Assembly (NCBI GenBank): GCA_030526225.1
Contig: JAUNDF010000008.1
Coordinates: forward strand, 2,106-32,000
DNA length: 29,895 nucleotides
Reading direction: 5' to 3'
From: Clostridia bacterium
Lineage (GTDB): Bacteria; Bacillota; Clostridia; Christensenellales; Aristaeellaceae
Shown: in pieces, positions 1-8,725 of the stretch
Position numbering within the stretch: position 1 is the stretch's first letter
How the letters are laid out: every line of letters starts with the position of its first letter
Program-made: the position numbers and the translations under genes
Notes under the pieces: generated by a model
What the model was told of the DNA's origin: nothing
Databases searched by the model: none
Seen by the model: the letters and a program-made list of their open reading frames with translations, nothing else

Positions 1-1
1 C

Positions 2-931
2 GAGCAGCTGATTGCGGAGCTGATGAGCATCTTCTACGCCACCGCGGCAGAGAAGGAAATCCACCTGTCGGCCAACTGGGATGTGCCCCATCGCTACTAC
101 TACGGCGACCAGACGAAAATCAAGGAAATCTTCCTGAATGTGGTCAGCAACGCGGTGAAGTACACCTCCGCCGGCGGCAGTGTCTCCATCGACGGCCGCG
201 AGCTGCCCGGGGATGAACCGGGCTGGATCAAGGTCCGGACTGTGATTGAAGACACGGGCATCGGCATGAGTGAGGAGTTTTTGCCCCACCTGTTCGATGC
301 CTTCACCCGGGAGCGCAACACCACCACCGGCAAGGTGGCAGGCACAGGTCTGGGCATGCCCATTGTGAAGAAGCTGGTGGACCTGATGCACGGCACCATC
401 AAGGTGGAGAGCGAGGTGGGCAAGGGCACGAGGGTGACCCTTGAGATTCCCCATCGCCTTGCAGAGGAGACATACGCCGGACACGCGGAGCATGCCGGGC
501 AGGACGAGGAAGCCCCCCGCCCTGAAATCCTGCAGGGCAGGCACATCCTGCTGGCAGAGGACAACGAGCTGAACGCCGAAATCGCCACCATCGTGCTGGA
601 GGAATGCGGCTGCACCGTGGACCATGCCGAGGACGGCATTCGCTGCGTGGCCATGGTGGAACAGCAGCCCGCGGACCGCTATGACATCATCCTGATGGAC
701 ATTCAGATGCCCAACATGGATGGCTACAAGGCCGCAAGGACCATCCGCCGGCTGCAGGACAAGGCTAAGGCGAATATCCCCATCGTGGCCATGACCGCCA
801 ATGCCTTTGAGGAGGACAAGCAGAACGCCCTGAAGGCCGGCATGAACGGCCACCTGGCCAAGCCTCTGGACACCCAGAAGCTGATGGCCACCCTGGAGAG
901 CATCCTGAGCCGGAAGCAGGAAGAGGCGTAA
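2..931 (+). CDS. Hybrid sensor histidine kinase / response regulator, C-terminal part (5' end lies outside the window)
   Basis: The reading frame is open from the window edge. HATPase_c motifs are present (NVVSNAVKYT, EDTGIGMSEEF, GTGLGMPIVKKLV), followed by a receiver domain (ILLAEDNELN, IILMDIQMPNMDG, AKPLD). TAA stop at 929-931. Confidence 0.9.
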   Translation, partial: EQLIAELMSIFYATAAEKEIHLSANWDVPHRYYYGDQTKIKEIFLNVVSNAVKYTSAGGSVSIDGRELPGDEPGWIKVRTVIEDTGIGMSEEFLPHLFDAFTRERNTTTGKVAGTGLGMPIVKKLVDLMHGTIKVESEVGKGTRVTLEIPHRLAEETYAGHAEHAGQDEEAPRPEILQGRHILLAEDNELNAEIATIVLEECGCTVDHAEDGIRCVAMVEQQPADRYDIILMDIQMPNMDGYKAARTIRRLQDKAKANIPIVAMTANAFEEDKQNALKAGMNGHLAKPLDTQKLMATLESILSRKQEEA

Positions 932-976
932 GGGTGATTCGGGATTTGTACGGTAATTGAATAGAAATGATTCTTT

Positions 977-1019
977 GAGCCGCTGCGGTGTGGATGCCGC
1001 GGCGGCTCATTTCTTTTTA
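977..1019 (+). terminator. Rho-independent terminator after the hybrid kinase gene
   Basis: 12-bp GC-rich stem GAGCCGCTGCGG (977-988) / CCGCGGCGGCTC (997-1008) with one G.U pair, followed by the T-rich tract ATTTCTTTTT. The right arm overlaps the stop codon of the convergent methyltransferase gene. Confidence 0.7.
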
Positions 1020-1609
1020 GGGAAGCACAGGTACCGGCCGGGCACGCGGCGGCAATAGTCGCGGTAGTCATCGCCGAAAAGGCCGGTGAGATACTTTTCC
1101 TCCTGCAGAATCTGCAGATGAAGCATCACCATGGCGAAGAGGGTGAACAGGAGCGTCAGGGCGTTGCAGAACATCAGCAGAATGCCGATGTATTGCAGAT
1201 CAAAGCCCAGAAAGGCAGGGTTGCGGCTGAAGGCGTATACGCCCTCTGTGACAAGGGCTGTTTTGCCGCTGTTCGGGATGCCGACACGCCAGCTGTCCTT
1301 CATGGCGATGACGGAAAGCAGAAAGACGATGTCGCCGGTCAGGCCGATGATAAAGCCAGCCAGCCGCAACGGCGCGGGCAGGCGGCTGAAGCCGGACAGG
1401 ATGGACAGCAGCTGAACGATGATGATGCCCACCGTGGCGATGCCCATCACAGTTTCCACGGTGTTTGTTTTCTTTGCTTTCCCCTTGCCCATCTGAACAC
1501 AGCGGATGCCGCGGCGGCGAAGGAGCAGCTGCTTGGACAGGTACACGCCGTAAAACAAGGCCAGAACAATCAGTGCCGGCATTGCAAAGGACGAAAGAGC
1601 TTGAAACAT
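1007..1609 (-). CDS. Membrane methyltransferase of the isoprenylcysteine carboxyl / phospholipid methyltransferase (ICMT/PEMT) family
   Basis: Multi-TM protein with the family C-terminal signature (GVYAFSRNPAFLGF ... LQEEKYLTGLFGDDYRDYCRRVP). I chose the ATG at 1609 (MFQALSS...) because GGAGGA lies 7 nt upstream. The longer ORF to 1774 has no RBS and a non-protein-like N-terminus. TGA stop. Confidence 0.75.
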   Translation of the reverse strand: MFQALSSFAMPALIVLALFYGVYLSKQLLLRRRGIRCVQMGKGKAKKTNTVETVMGIATVGIIIVQLLSILSGFSRLPAPLRLAGFIIGLTGDIVFLLSVIAMKDSWRVGIPNSGKTALVTEGVYAFSRNPAFLGFDLQYIGILLMFCNALTLLFTLFAMVMLHLQILQEEKYLTGLFGDDYRDYCRRVPGRYLCFPKKK

Positions 1610-1755
1610 AACAGGATTCCTCCTTGAACATCGTTTACAGTACAGAGGATAACACGGTTTGGCGGTGGAAGATAGGTCCGTTTTGCAGGGGTTTGTGGCG
1701 GTTTTGTATGACGGAGCGCATGTCTTTATGAAATGATGTCCATTCTGGCGTTTTG

Positions 1756-1812
1756 CTTGTTGATAAGTCAACAAGATGGTGATAGAATGGCCCCTGTTGA
1801 TTTGTCAACAAA
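1756..1812 (+). promoter_or_regulatory. marR operon promoter (TTGATA-17-TAGAAT) flanked and overlapped by two TGTTGA-N4-TCAACA palindromes (putative MarR operators)
   Basis: Palindrome 1 is CTTGTTGA-TAAG-TCAACAAG at 1756-1775 (perfect 8-bp arms) and contains the -35 TTGATA (1760-1765). The -10 TAGAAT is at 1783-1788 with a 17-nt spacer. Palindrome 2 is TGTTGA-TTTG-TCAACA at 1796-1810, between the -10 and the RBS AAGGAG (1811-1816). Confidence 0.7.
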
Positions 1813-1822
1813 GGAGAAATGT

Positions 1823-2293
1823 ATGGAACACCGCTATGAAACCTTTACCGTGCTGGTGAACCGCATCAACCGGAACATCAACCGGATTAAAACGCGGGAG
1901 ATGAGCGCCTTCGGCCTGCGGGGCGCGCATGTATCCTGCATGTATCAGCTGTACCTGACCCAGGGGCTGACGGCCTCGGAGCTGTGTGAGCTGTGCGCGG
2001 AGGACAAGGCCGCCGTTTCCAGATCGCTGGTTTATCTGGAAAAAGAAGGCTACATCACCTTTCAGACCAAGCAGGCAAAGCGCTACAAGACCCCCATTTA
2101 CCTCACCGAAAAGGGTGTGGAAACGGGCAGGATGGTAGCCGAAAAGATTGACGGCATTCTGGCCGGCATCGGCAAAACCATGACCGAGGATGAGCGGAAC
2201 AACCTGTACCGCTATCTTACGGACATCAGCAGTACCCTGGAGGCCATGACCGCCGGGGAGAATCAGGGAGGAAATGAAGCATGTTCTTTGTAA
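1823..2293 (+). CDS. MarR-family transcriptional regulator
   Basis: About 156 aa winged-helix protein with typical MarR features (FGLRGAHVSCMYQL, LTASELCELCAEDKAAVSRSLVYLEKEGYI). ATG at 1823 lies 7 nt after AAGGAG. The upstream part of ORF 1733-2293 covers the promoter and operators and is rejected. Confidence 0.85.
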   Translation: MEHRYETFTVLVNRINRNINRIKTREMSAFGLRGAHVSCMYQLYLTQGLTASELCELCAEDKAAVSRSLVYLEKEGYITFQTKQAKRYKTPIYLTEKGVETGRMVAEKIDGILAGIGKTMTEDERNNLYRYLTDISSTLEAMTAGENQGGNEACSL

Positions 2294-3498
2294 AAGCCGC
2301 GTTCTGCCGCGTATTTCAGCTGGGCTTCCGGGCGGTACTGCCGGTGCTGCCCTACCGTGAGCCGGAGATTCTGTCCTCCTGCGGGGACATTCCCGGGGTG
2401 CTGGTGAAGGAGCGCGCCGACAATGTGCTGATTGTCACCGACAAGGGCATTGTGGCAAACGGTCTGCTGGCCCCCATCGAGGAGGCGCTGACTGCCTGCA
2501 ATATCGATTACACCGTTTATGACGGAACCCGCCCCAACCCTTCCGTGACCAATGTGGCCGATGCGCTGGCACTGTATCAGACCAACGGCTGCAAGGCGCT
2601 GATTGCCGTGGGCGGCGGCTCTGCCATGGACTGCGCCAAGGCTGTGGGTGCACGGCTGGCCCATCCCCGCAAGAGCCTGCGGCAGATGAAGGGCATCCTG
2701 CGGGTGTGGCGCAAGCTGCCGCCGCTGATTGCCGTGCCCACCACCGCCGGCACCGGCAGTGAGGTCACTCTGGCCGCTGTGGTGACGGACAGCGAGAAGA
2801 AGGACAAGTATGCCCTGATGAGCTTCCCGCTGATTCCGAAGTATGCGGTGCTGGATGCCGGGCTCACCGTGTCCCTGCCCAAGGGGCTGACGGCCACCAC
2901 CAGCATGGATGCACTGACCCACGCGGTGGAGGCATACATCGGCCGTTCCACCACCCGCCATACGCGGGAATACGCACTGGAGGCCACGCGGCTGGTGTTT
3001 GCCCACCTGCAGGAAGCCTATGAGGACGGCACCAATCTGGAAGCCCGCAAGGCCATGCTGACCGCTGCCTACAAGGCCGGTGAAGCCTTCTCCCAGTCCT
3101 ATGTGGGCTATATCCATGCGGTGGCCCACTCTCTGGGCGGCTTTTACGGCACACCCCACGGGCTGGCCAACGCGGTGATTATGCCCTATGTGCTGGATGT
3201 ATACGGCGCCCATGCCTATAAGAAGCTTCATGCGCTGGGCGTGGCGGCCGGTGTGTGCACAGAGGCGGTCTCCCATAAGGAGGGCGCGGAGGCGTTCATC
3301 CGGGCCATCCGCGAAATGAACAAGGCCATGAACATCCCCGAAAAGCTGCAGGGCATCGACAAGGCGGATATCCCCGCTTTGGCCCGCCATGCGGAAAAGG
3401 AAGCCAATCCCCTGTACCCCGTGCCCATGCTGATGACGGCCCGGGAGCTGGAAGCAATCTACCATACCGTTGCAGACTGGAGTGAACAGAAGGCATGA
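2281..3498 (+). CDS. Iron-containing (group III) alcohol dehydrogenase
   Basis: Fe-ADH hallmarks: GGGSAMDCAKAV, VPTTAGTGSEVT, and metal-binding His residues in the HAVEAY and HAVAHSLGG contexts. GGGAGGA RBS. The start overlaps the marR 3' end by 13 nt. Confidence 0.9.
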   Translation: MFFVKAAFCRVFQLGFRAVLPVLPYREPEILSSCGDIPGVLVKERADNVLIVTDKGIVANGLLAPIEEALTACNIDYTVYDGTRPNPSVTNVADALALYQTNGCKALIAVGGGSAMDCAKAVGARLAHPRKSLRQMKGILRVWRKLPPLIAVPTTAGTGSEVTLAAVVTDSEKKDKYALMSFPLIPKYAVLDAGLTVSLPKGLTATTSMDALTHAVEAYIGRSTTRHTREYALEATRLVFAHLQEAYEDGTNLEARKAMLTAAYKAGEAFSQSYVGYIHAVAHSLGGFYGTPHGLANAVIMPYVLDVYGAHAYKKLHALGVAAGVCTEAVSHKEGAEAFIRAIREMNKAMNIPEKLQGIDKADIPALARHAEKEANPLYPVPMLMTARELEAIYHTVADWSEQKA

Positions 3499-4877
3499 CC
3501 AGAGAACAGATTGAAGCACTGCTGAACCGGCAGAAGTCTTTTTACAGAAGCGGCAAAACACTGCCGGTTGCATGGCGCATCCAGCAGCTGAAGAAGCTGT
3601 ATGATGCGGTGAAGGACAATCAGCAGAAGATTGCCGAGGCCCTTGCACAGGATCTGGGCAAGAGCGGCTATGAATCCTTTATGTGCGAAATTGGCCTGAC
3701 GCTGTCGGAGATTTCCTACATGATTCGCCATACGGGCCGCCTTGCAAAGCGCAAGACCGTGTGGACCCCTCTGGCGCAGTTTGCCTCCCACAGCTTCCGT
3801 CAGCCCATGCCCTACGGCAATACCCTGATTATGAGCCCGTGGAACTATCCCTTTCTGCTGACCATCGAGCCTCTGGCGGATGCCATTGCCGCCGGCAACA
3901 CGGCCATGGTCAAGCCCAGCGCCTATTCTCCGGCCACCTCTCAGGTGATGGCTGACCTGCTGGCAGACATCTTCCCGGCGGAATATGTGGCGGTGGTCAC
4001 CGGCGGCCGTGCGGAAAACGCGGCGCTGCTGGATATGCACTTCGACCTTGTGTTCTTCACCGGCTCACAGGCAGTGGGCAAGGAGGTGCTGCGCCGCTGT
4101 GCCGAGCATCTGACCCCTGCGGTGCTGGAGCTGGGCGGCAAAAGCCCCTGCATTGTGGATGAAACCGCCAACCTGCGTCTGGCTGCAAAGCGCATTGTGT
4201 TCGGCAAGTACCTCAACTGCGGCCAGACCTGCGTGGCCCCCGACTATGTGCTGTGCCACCGCAGCGTGAAGGATGCCTTCGTGGCCGAGATCAAAAAGCA
4301 GATTGAGAAGCAGTACGGTGCCAATCCGCTGGCAAACAAGGACTATGGCAAAATCATCAACCGCAAGCATTTCGACCGCCTGCTGGGGCTGATTGACCCC
4401 GAAAAGACGGTGCACGGCGGCAATGCCAACGAGGATACCCTGCAGATTGCCCCCACGGTGATGGACGGCGTAACGGCAGAGGATGCCGTGATGGGCGAGG
4501 AGATTTTCGGACCCATCATGCCGGTATTGACCTACGATGATTACGATGCGGTGATTGACCGCCTGAAGGAGGCCGACCGTCCTCTGGCGGCATACCTGTT
4601 CTCCTCTGACGGCGCGCACATCCGGCGCTTCCGCACAGAGGTGACCAGCGGCGGCGGATGCATCAACGACGTGGTGATTCATCTGGCCACCAGCAATATG
4701 GGCTTTGGCGGCGTGGGTGCCAGCGGCATGGGCGCCTATCACGGCAAGGCCGGCTTCGAGGCCTTCTCCCACAGCAAATCCATCGTGGATAAAAAGACAT
4801 GGATGGACCTGCCCATGCGCTATCAGCCCTACACCAGCAAACTGTATGAAAAGCTGCTGCATATATTCCTGAAATAA
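3495..4877 (+). CDS. NAD(P)-dependent aldehyde dehydrogenase (ALDH3-like family)
   Basis: ALDH motifs: SPWNYPF, FTGS, catalytic ELGGKSP and NCGQTCVAPDY, EEIFGPI. ATGA start/stop overlap with the ADH gene. TAA stop. Confidence 0.9.
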   Translation: MTREQIEALLNRQKSFYRSGKTLPVAWRIQQLKKLYDAVKDNQQKIAEALAQDLGKSGYESFMCEIGLTLSEISYMIRHTGRLAKRKTVWTPLAQFASHSFRQPMPYGNTLIMSPWNYPFLLTIEPLADAIAAGNTAMVKPSAYSPATSQVMADLLADIFPAEYVAVVTGGRAENAALLDMHFDLVFFTGSQAVGKEVLRRCAEHLTPAVLELGGKSPCIVDETANLRLAAKRIVFGKYLNCGQTCVAPDYVLCHRSVKDAFVAEIKKQIEKQYGANPLANKDYGKIINRKHFDRLLGLIDPEKTVHGGNANEDTLQIAPTVMDGVTAEDAVMGEEIFGPIMPVLTYDDYDAVIDRLKEADRPLAAYLFSSDGAHIRRFRTEVTSGGGCINDVVIHLATSNMGFGGVGASGMGAYHGKAGFEAFSHSKSIVDKKTWMDLPMRYQPYTSKLYEKLLHIFLK

Positions 4878-4912
4878 GGGAGAACTAACGGAGCGCAGCT
4901 GTCTCCGTTTCA

Positions 4913-4964
4913 CAGCGGATTTGCCTTTTCCTGTCAACAGGGAAGGCAGGTCCGCTGTTTTTTT
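4913..4964 (+). terminator. Rho-independent terminator of the marR-adh-aldh operon
   Basis: Long hairpin CAGCGGATTTGCC (4913-4925) / GGCAGGTCCGCTG (4945-4957) with an inner TTCCTG/CAGGGAA stem, followed by T7 (4958-4964). A smaller hairpin ACGGAG...CTCCGT sits at 4888-4908. Confidence 0.85.
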
Positions 4965-5017
4965 GCCGGATTGTATACATTCTCTCCCAGAAAACCGGAA
5001 ATAACCGCCCTTTGCGC

Positions 5018-5046
5018 TTGATATCCGATATTTGTCATGTTATGAT
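5018..5046 (+). promoter_or_regulatory. Sigma-A-type promoter for the solute-binding protein / kinase pair
   Basis: TTGATA (5018-5023), exact 17-nt spacer, TATGAT (5041-5046), about 50 nt upstream of the ATG at 5096. Confidence 0.6.
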
Positions 5047-5095
5047 ATACATAGAAGTGATAACGGGCGTTATCGCCGTTGGAGGTGCTTTGTAA

Positions 5096-6385
5096 ATGAA
5101 ACGAGTTTTGGCGCTTGTGATGGGTATGGTCATGCTGGCTGTGCTGTGCGCATGCGGCAAAGAGCCGGAAAAGGGCAAGGCGGGGGCAGAGCCTGCGCTG
5201 GACCCAAATTACAGCACAACCATTTATGTCTGCGGCTCCTGGGGCAACTTTGAAGCCCTGGACACGGCGGCCCAGCTGCTGCGCAAACAGTACCCCAATG
5301 TGGAGGTCACCTACAATCAGCTGTCGGCCTATGGCACAGACCTGATGAACCGCTTTGCCACCGGGGAAGGCGTGGACATCTACATGGCGGACTGGCTGCT
5401 GTCCAACGATGAACGGTATCAGCACTACTGGAGCCGGGCCGAGGACCTGACCGGTCAGCTGGATTTCTCTGCCGTGCCTGCGGAATATCTGGAAACGGGA
5501 TTGCGGGAAGGGCACCAGTTTGCACTGCCCATTTATGCCAACTACGGCGGCTTGATGGTCAACGAGGACTTGCTGAAAACCTACGGCTTGTCTGTGCCCA
5601 CCACCTTTGCATAGCTGATTGCCTGCTGTGATGCCATCAAGGCGGCGGGGGCATATCCCATGCTGCTGGCCGGCGGGGACATCATGAGCAATACCGTGTT
5701 TGATACGGTGTATGCGGCGCTTTTGGGCGGGGACAATCCGGAACAGGCCACAGCGGATTTCCTGAACGGGCAGGATACCGCCGGTGCCATGGCCGGTGCC
5801 ATCACCATGCTGGATACGCTGTATCAGGGGGATTACATTCATCCCGACAGCGCGGAGCTGGCCGATGACTACGGCGCCGCGATTCTGCGGTTCTTCAAGG
5901 GCGACATCGCCTTTATGCCCTACAATACCTCCAAGTATTCCGGCACGAAAAAGCGGGAGGCAAAATCCCCCGAGTTTACGGAAAAGCCCTTTGCCTACAG
6001 CCTGATTCCCTTCCCGGGGGAGAAGGGCTACGCCGTTACCCAACGCCAGCTGGGGGCCGTGTACATGATGATGTATGACGGCATCGCCCCGGAAAAGAAG
6101 CCCTATGTGCTGGCCTTCCTGCAGCTGCTGCTGGGCGATGAGGGCAGCGCAACTTTGGCACAGATGAAAAACATGCCCACCGCCAACAAAAATGTGGGTC
6201 TGGACAGCTTCCCTGCCTTCAAGGCCGTGGATGCGGACCACCGCTATACCGTGGGCATGACGGCAAAAGGCGACACCCTGCTGCGGCTCAATCAGATGGT
6301 GCATGCCGCCGCGGTGCAGTATGCCCCGGGCATCACCGCCGGTGAGCTGATGACAGCCACGCTGGATGCCCTTGGAAAGGATTGA
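5096..6385 (+). pseudogene. ABC-type extracellular solute-binding lipoprotein interrupted by an in-frame TAG at 5612-5614
   Basis: ORFs 5096-5614 and 5660-6385 are in the same frame. Reading through gives ...YGLSVPTTFA*LIACCDAIKAAGAYPMLLAGG..., a continuous family-1 SBP fold. The N-terminus has a signal peptide plus lipobox (LAVLCAC-G). No RBS precedes the ATG at 5660. Confidence 0.8.
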
Positions 6386-6419
6386 CCCAAAACCGAAACA
6401 TAACGAGGATGGAAAGAAC

Positions 6420-8594
6420 ATGAAGCGCAATGCCATCGTTTTCCTCAACATCTTCATATCCATCATGATGGCTCTCGGCGTGGTGACCTACGCCCAGGGT
6501 CAGCGTTCGGTTGCCATGAATGCGGCGGAGGAGAGCTTTGAGCAGGCCACAGAGGTCGTCAGCGGCATTGCGGATAATTACCTGTCGGAATCGGAGGCGG
6601 TTTGCAGCAACTGGGCATCCTACATCAACAGCAAAGCCATGACCATGCCGGAGGCCATGCAGTACCTGACCCTTGCAAGGGATCAGGAGGGCGTGTACGC
6701 GCAGATTCTCTGGGCGGATACCTGCACCGGTCTTTCCCGCGAGCCCTCGGTGGCCTTCCCCGACAAGTATGAGGTGGATTACAGCGACCGCAGAGAGCAG
6801 CTGTTTTCCGGCTGGACAAGGGAGCGCGAGCTGTATGTAACGCCCCGGTTTACCAACAATGTGACCGGCGCCTATGCCGTGGCCTTCTGCAAAAAGATAC
6901 AGCTGCTGGATGATGACGGGCTTATGCGGGATGCCATCCTGATGCGGGTGATTCCCAACACCCAGCTGGCCTCAAGGTGGGTGTTCCCGGCGGTGTTTGC
7001 CGGCAGCAGCGTGGGCATTATCGATGACAGCGGGCGGTATATCCTCAAGCCCGACTTGATGAAAAACGAGGACTTCTTCGACTTTATCTATTCCTACAAC
7101 CGGCAGGAGATTGACCCGGCGGCGCTGCAGCAGCAGTTCCGCTCCGGGGAGTGCGGCCACTTCTTTGCCAAAAACGGCGCGGGGGTTGAATGCATCTGGA
7201 GCTACAAGCGCCTTGCGGCCAACAAATCCTAGACGGTGGTCATGGGCGCACCGGCAGATGCGGTCCGCACGGACAAGGTGGACTGGTTCCTGCCTGCGCT
7301 GATTCTGGTGTGCCTGCTGACACTGCTGACCGTGGATACCATCTACTTCTGGCAGATTCGCCGCCGCGACCTGGCGGTGGCAAGGCAGATGGCCGAGCAG
7401 GGCGAGCAGCTGCGGACGGCCCTTGATGCCGCCGAGGCAGCCAACCGCGCCAAGACGGTGTTCCTCAACAACATGTCCCATGACATCCGAACGCCCATGA
7501 ACGCCATTCTGGGCTTCGCGGGGCTGGCGCAGACCCACAGCGACAAGCCGGAAGCGGTGAAGGATTACCTGAGCAAGATTCAGGTCTCCGGCGAGCATCT
7601 GCTGATGCTCATCAACGATGTGCTGGATATGAGCCGCATTGAATCCGGCAAGGTGACATTGCGGGAAAAGACGGCCAACCTGACGGAGCTTTTGGACGAG
7701 CTGAAGATTGTGCTGCAGACGGACATCCGCCAAAAGCAGCTGGACTTCAGCATGGATGCCCGGGGCATCCGCCATGAACAGATTGTCTGCGACAAGCTGC
7801 GCCTCAATCAGGTGCTCATTAACCTGATGTCCAACGCCATCAAGTTCACCAAAGCCGGCGGCAGGGTGGGCATCCGTGTGCGGGAGGCAGAGGGTGCGCC
7901 CGCAGGATTCGTGGACTACTGCTTTGAGGTGTGGGATAACGGCATCGGTATGAGCGAGGAATTTGCCGAACACATTTTTGAGCCCTTCACCCGGGAGGAA
8001 AACAGCACCGTCAGCCGCATTGAGGGCACGGGCCTCGGCATGGCCATCACCAAGAGTCTGGTGGACATGATGCACGGCACCATCACCGTAAAAACAAAGC
8101 AGGGCGAAGGAACAAGCTTCACCGTGGCCCTGCGCTTCCGGCTGGCGGGGGACAAGACAGCTGATGCAGTGCAGAGCAGCCGCGCCATTCCTGCACAGAA
8201 GCCGGTCGATTCCCTTTCCGGCAGGCATGTGCTGCTGGTGGATGATGTGGAGCTGAACCGGGAGATTGCCGCCGCCGTGCTGGAGGAAGAGGGACTGCGG
8301 GTCACCCAGTGCGAGAACGGCCGTGAGGCGGTGGATACGCTGGCGGGGGCAAAGCCCGGGGAATTCAATCTGGTGCTGATGGATTTGATGATGCCCGTGA
8401 TGGACGGCTTTGAGGCCACCCGGGCCATCCGCAGTCTGGAAAACCGCGACATTGCCCGGACACCCATCGTTGCCATGACTGCCAACGCCTTTGACGAAGA
8501 CCGTCAGGCCTGTGCCGCCGCAGGCATGGATGATTTCCTCCCCAAGCCCTTCCGGCGGGAGGAGCTGTGCGACATGCTGCGGAAGTATTTGTGA
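6420..8594 (+). pseudogene. Cache-type hybrid sensor histidine kinase (TM, extracellular sensor, TM, HisKA, HATPase, REC) interrupted by an in-frame TAG at 7230-7232
   Basis: ORFs 6366-7232 and 7236-8594 share one frame. Read-through gives ...WSYKRLAANKS*TVVMGAPADAV..., then TM2 (WFLPALILVCLLTLLTV), the H-box (FLNNMSHDIRTPMNAILGF), HATPase motifs (DNGIGMSEEF, GTGLGMAI) and a receiver (VLLVDDVELN, LVLMDLMMPVMDG, PKP). Start ATG at 6420 follows GAGGATGG. Confidence 0.8.
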
Positions 8595-8624
8595 GAACAA
8601 GGAAATCTTGTAAAGATTGTGCCG

Positions 8625-8658
8625 CAAACAAAATAAAACCTTCCCCCGTTGGGGAAGG
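8625..8658 (-). terminator. Rho-independent terminator for the minus-strand YczE-like gene
   Basis: Stem CCTTCCCC (8639-8646) / GGGGAAGG (8651-8658). On the minus strand it is followed by TTTTATTTTGTTTG. Confidence 0.65.
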
Positions 8659-8681
8659 CGCGTGACGGATGAGGTTCTTCA

Positions 8682-8715
8682 GGGGCTGTGAAAGCATGTT
8701 TCACAGCTCCTTTTT
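8682..8715 (+). terminator. Rho-independent terminator after the hybrid kinase gene
   Basis: 12-bp stem GGGGCTGTGAAA / TTTCACAGCTCC (8682-8710) with loop GCATG, followed by TTTTT (8711-8715). Confidence 0.8.
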
Positions 8716-8725
8716 GATTCGTTTC

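Noticed and set aside
1610-1822. Upstream extensions of the methyltransferase ORF (to 1774) and the marR ORF (from 1733).
   Set aside because: Both extensions run through the shared promoter/operator region, lack an RBS and have atypical composition. The internal ATGs at 1609 and 1823 have good Shine-Dalgarno sequences and give family-typical N-termini.
2263-3648. 461-aa minus-strand ORF antisense to the Fe-ADH gene. Similar long antisense or off-frame ORFs: 4934-6466(-), 6972-8627(-), 11335-13029(-), 13622-15376(-), 15289-16422(+), 17032-18108(+), 18089-20041(+), 20489-21451(+), 21531-22721(+), 24066-25661(-), 25653-26300(+), 27728-28729(-).
   Set aside because: They are shadow ORFs typical of GC3-rich DNA. 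Their translations are low-complexity (Gly/Ala/His/Arg/Gln-rich) with no motifs and no RBS. Each overlaps a gene on the other strand that has clear family signatures.
5612-7232. Pyrrolysine or other programmed amber decoding as the primary explanation of the two in-frame TAGs.
   Set aside because: Kept only as a low-probability alternative in the findings. Neither gene family is known to use Pyl. The two sites seem to require different residues. No pyl genes or tRNA are in the window. Two single-base nonsense mutations in a decaying module, or sequencing errors, are more parsimonious.
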